Source of the DNA: an uncultured delta proteobacterium
Lineage (GTDB): Bacteria; Desulfobacterota; Desulfobacteria; Desulfobacterales; JAFDCJ01
Direction: 5' to 3'
Length of the DNA: 64,000 nucleotides
Assembly: GCA_963769935.1 (NCBI GenBank)
Contig: CAVYNY010000018.1
Coordinates: forward strand, 192,001-256,000
Positions 61,039 through 64,000 of this stretch are shown here, piece after piece. The notes beneath the pieces were generated by a model. That model did no database searches, was not told the DNA's origin, and saw nothing but the letters and a program-made list of their open reading frames with translations. Position 1 is the first letter of the stretch; every line of letters begins with the position of its first letter. The translations under genes and the position numbers were made by a program.

Positions 61039-61247
61039 TTGAAACACTCCCACAATATCGATTCGGATATATGGTTAAAGACCTACAACAAGGTGGAAAA
61101 TTATGCTACTTCAGTAAAGGACTTGTGGCCATAAGTCAAGAAAATGATTCTAAAGAATCCCCCTGATTTGCCGATAACTCATTTTACCATGTCGCTGTGT
61201 AAGATCCCAAAATTTGCATTAATTCTATAAAAACGACGGAAAATCTA

Positions 61248-62552
61248 ATGCAAGAACAAACTGCCGAACTTGAAAAATCGATCAAATCGTTTCAAGGCCA
61301 AAGCCGGAATTCCAAAACCGCCGAAACACCTTTTGGAAGCTCCCAAAAAGAAATCAATCTGTTGATCTCATGTCTGCCCACCATTCTGATTGGTCTTTCA
61401 AAGGAAAACAAGATTGTGCTCTGGAATTCCAGGGCTGAAAAAGTATTGGGAAAAGTCGAGGCGGAGGTGGTTGGTTTGCCGATGAGTAAGTGCGGCATTG
61501 ATTGGGACTGGGATAAAATTACAAACGGTATTTCGCAAAGCCAAAGCACGAGTGAACCAATCCGGGTGGATGATATTCGTTACCAGAAATCGAATGGTGA
61601 AGAACGATATCTGGGTATGACCATCAACCATTTAAACTGGGATGATGATTGCATTTTGGGATCCACCATCATCGGCGCAGACATCACGGATCGCAAAAAA
61701 CTGGAAACTCATCTGCAGCAGTCACAGAAAATGGAAGCCATCGGACAGCTGGCAGCAGGAATCGCCCATGAAATCAACACGCCGACCCAGTTTGTCGGTG
61801 ACAATACCCGTTTCTTTCAGGATGCCTTTGACGATTTGATCCAGGTAATCAGAGAATACGAAAACCTGATCGCCAAAGCCAAATCGCAGTCTCTGACCGA
61901 AGAGCTTATTGCAGCGGCTGAAAAGCGTATCGAAGAAATCGACCTGCCATATCTTGAAGCGGAAATACCGGTTGCTCTCCAGCATACCCTGAAGGGCGTG
62001 GAGCGCATAACCAAGATCGTACAGGCAATGAAAATCTTTTCTCATCCGGGCATGGCGGTTAAAGAACCGACCGATATTAATAAAGAAATTGAAAAAACAA
62101 TTACCATCACCCGCAATGAGTGGAAATATTTGGCCGAGATGAAAACCGACTTTGATTCAACCCTGCCGCTGGTGCCTTGTTTCCGGGCTGAATTGAATCA
62201 GGTGATTTTGAATATGATCGTCAATGCGGCGCATGCCATTGCCGAGACAGGCAAGGACAACCCCTCGCCCAGAGGCACCATCCGCATCCGCACCTATCAT
62301 AAAGATTCCTGGGCTAAAATTTGCATCAGCGATAGCGGGGCCGGGATTCCGGAAGAAATCCGGCATAAAATATTCGACCTTTTCTTTACCACCAAGGGGC
62401 CCGGCAAGGGATCGGGGCAAGGGTTGTCGATTTCGCATTCCGTTATCGTTGAAAAACATAAAGGGACCCTGGATCTGGAATCCCAGGTGGGGAAGGGAAC
62501 GACTTTTATCATTGGGCTACCCCTGGAGGCAGATCCGGCCGAAGATGAGTGA
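61248..62552 (+). CDS. Cytoplasmic PAS histidine kinase
   Basis: PAS domain, DITDRK, GIAHEINTP, NAAHAI, DSGAG, GSGQGL. Confidence 0.92.
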   Translation: MQEQTAELEKSIKSFQGQSRNSKTAETPFGSSQKEINLLISCLPTILIGLSKENKIVLWNSRAEKVLGKVEAEVVGLPMSKCGIDWDWDKITNGISQSQSTSEPIRVDDIRYQKSNGEERYLGMTINHLNWDDDCILGSTIIGADITDRKKLETHLQQSQKMEAIGQLAAGIAHEINTPTQFVGDNTRFFQDAFDDLIQVIREYENLIAKAKSQSLTEELIAAAEKRIEEIDLPYLEAEIPVALQHTLKGVERITKIVQAMKIFSHPGMAVKEPTDINKEIEKTITITRNEWKYLAEMKTDFDSTLPLVPCFRAELNQVILNMIVNAAHAIAETGKDNPSPRGTIRIRTYHKDSWAKICISDSGAGIPEEIRHKIFDLFFTTKGPGKGSGQGLSISHSVIVEKHKGTLDLESQVGKGTTFIIGLPLEADPAEDE

Positions 62553-63768
62553 AAAAATGAAAAAAAGGATCCTGTTTGTTGATGATGAGCCGATGATATT
62601 GAACGGCCTGCAGCGAACGCTCCGAAAAATGCGCCACGAATGGGAAATGATGTTTACCTCCAGCGCCCATGAGGCTTTGAAAATACTCGCCGCGAACACG
62701 CTGGACGTCATTATCACCGATTTGAAAATGCCGGAAATGGACGGCACGCAGCTGCTCACCGCAATAAAAAAGCGCCACCCCCATGTGGTTCGCATCATTC
62801 TTTCCGGGCATGTTAAACATGATATGACGCTCCAATCCCTCCAGATCGCCCATCAATGCCTGGCGAAACCCTGCGATGCGGAAATGTTAAAACAGGCCCT
62901 GACAAAGCTTTTTGCCCTTAAGGATATTTTGTCCGATGATTCCATCAAAAAAATTGTCTCTCAAATCGATTCCCTTCCCAGCATACCCTCCATTTATACC
63001 GAAATTGTCGAAGAGATGCAGTCGGAGGACCCTTCAATTAAAAAAATTGGCGAGATCATTGCCCGGGATGCCAGCATGACGGCAAAAATATTGCAGATTG
63101 TAAATTCCGTATTTTTCGGCCTTTCCCGCAAAATCAACAGTACCCAGCAGGCCGTTATGCTGCTCGGATTGGAAACCATTAAATCCCTGGTACTTTCAGT
63201 GAAAATTTTTGCCGAATTCAGCCGGAAGAAATTTTCCTGGTTTAACATTGATGAACTTTTCAACCACAGCATGTCGGTCAGCTGTTATGCCCAGGCTATC
63301 GTCAAAAATGAAAAAATGAGTCGGGATCTCATCAGCTATTCCCTGATGGCCGGCATATTGCATGATTTGGGCAAACTCATACTGGCAACCAATTTCCAAA
63401 AACCCTACCGTCAGGTGCTGAGCGAAGCGCAGAATTCCGGTCACGACTTATGGAATCTGGAATACGAAACATTCGGTACCAGCCACGCTGAAATAGGCGC
63501 TTATTTGATGGGTCTCTGGAATCTGGAAAATCAGATTATCGAAGCCATCGCTTTTCATCACCGCCCGGCGAAAAGCATGGCCCGGAATATGGGATTGTTG
63601 ACGGCGGTGCATATCGGCAATGCCCTGGTTCACAGAGGGCCCGCGACCGAGGATCAGGATCCCGACCTGCAGTTTGATATCGAATACGTGGATAATCTTG
63701 GAATTGCAAATCGAATACCTGAATGGCGTCAGGTTTGCAGAGAGTTATCCGAAAGGGAAGCATCATGA
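62545..63768 (+). CDS. Response regulator with HDOD output domain
   Basis: ILFVDDE, DLKMP, LPS.P, KILQIVNS.FFG, HDLGK, SHAEIGAYL..LW; start ATG 62545 or 62557. Confidence 0.9.
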   Translation: MSEKMKKRILFVDDEPMILNGLQRTLRKMRHEWEMMFTSSAHEALKILAANTLDVIITDLKMPEMDGTQLLTAIKKRHPHVVRIILSGHVKHDMTLQSLQIAHQCLAKPCDAEMLKQALTKLFALKDILSDDSIKKIVSQIDSLPSIPSIYTEIVEEMQSEDPSIKKIGEIIARDASMTAKILQIVNSVFFGLSRKINSTQQAVMLLGLETIKSLVLSVKIFAEFSRKKFSWFNIDELFNHSMSVSCYAQAIVKNEKMSRDLISYSLMAGILHDLGKLILATNFQKPYRQVLSEAQNSGHDLWNLEYETFGTSHAEIGAYLMGLWNLENQIIEAIAFHHRPAKSMARNMGLLTAVHIGNALVHRGPATEDQDPDLQFDIEYVDNLGIANRIPEWRQVCRELSEREAS

Positions 63769-64000
63769 GAGACAAAGTTCTGTTGGTAGATGACGATGAA
63801 ATGCTTTTGGCAGGCCTCAAACGTCAGTTGAGAAACCATTTCCTCGTTGAGACCGCCATCAGCGGGGAAGAAGCGATCAGAATGGTCGCGGAAAACGGAC
63901 CGTATGCCGTGGTGGTTTCCGATTACATGATGCCGGGCATGAATGGTATCGATCTCCTCAGACACGTTAAAGCAATCAGCCCGGATACGATCCGGATGAT
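63765..64000 (+). CDS. Response regulator (partial, runs off window end)
   Basis: MRDKVLLVDDD...VVSDYMMPGMNG; ATGA overlap with the HDOD gene. Confidence 0.85.
   Translation, partial: MRDKVLLVDDDEMLLAGLKRQLRNHFLVETAISGEEAIRMVAENGPYAVVVSDYMMPGMNGIDLLRHVKAISPDTIRM

Noticed and set aside
62224..62544. 107-aa N-terminal extension of the REC-HDOD ORF
   Set aside because: Overlaps the kinase gene in another frame; the receiver domain begins at 62545/62557

Overview
Gene-dense 64 kb bacterial window. Gene content and repeat style suggest a Desulfobacterota-like anaerobe (inference only). Main blocks: (i) 1-16 kb: aldo/keto reductase, OmpR-type two-component pair, prmA, an Ada-Zn/AlkA fusion, DUF4197, a radical SAM enzyme, a receiver-domain/PEP-synthase-like protein, an acyl-CoA ligase, a plant-HPR1-like hydroxypyruvate reductase and an aminotransferase. 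(ii) 16.8-30.8 kb: a minus-strand amide/peptide catabolic island (LUD protein, two M20 deacylases, GntR, C-N hydrolase, DmpA, Dpp/Opp ABC transporter, amidase) flanked by Phd-VapC and Xre-RES toxin-antitoxin pairs. (iii) 33-37.7 kb: two orphan molybdopterin enzymes. (iv) 43-44.5 kb: an M48 lipoprotein followed by an AhpD/CMD protein with an in-frame TGA in a CxxU motif and a SECIS-like hairpin. This is a probable selenoprotein that the ORF track truncates. (v) 47-61 kb: a 14 kb polyamine/amide operon (patA, potABCD, aguB-like, C-N hydrolase, Liv-type ABC transporter, amidohydrolase). (vi) 61-64 kb: a PAS kinase, REC-HDOD and REC signalling cluster. Intergenic DNA holds several families of short palindromic or 7-9-nt periodic repeats, often nested. 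Many small genes are remnants with internal deletions, and three otherwise intact genes carry single +1 frameshifts, possibly sequencing errors. No rRNA, tRNA, CRISPR array or transposase was recognised. All family calls come from motif recognition, not database searches.
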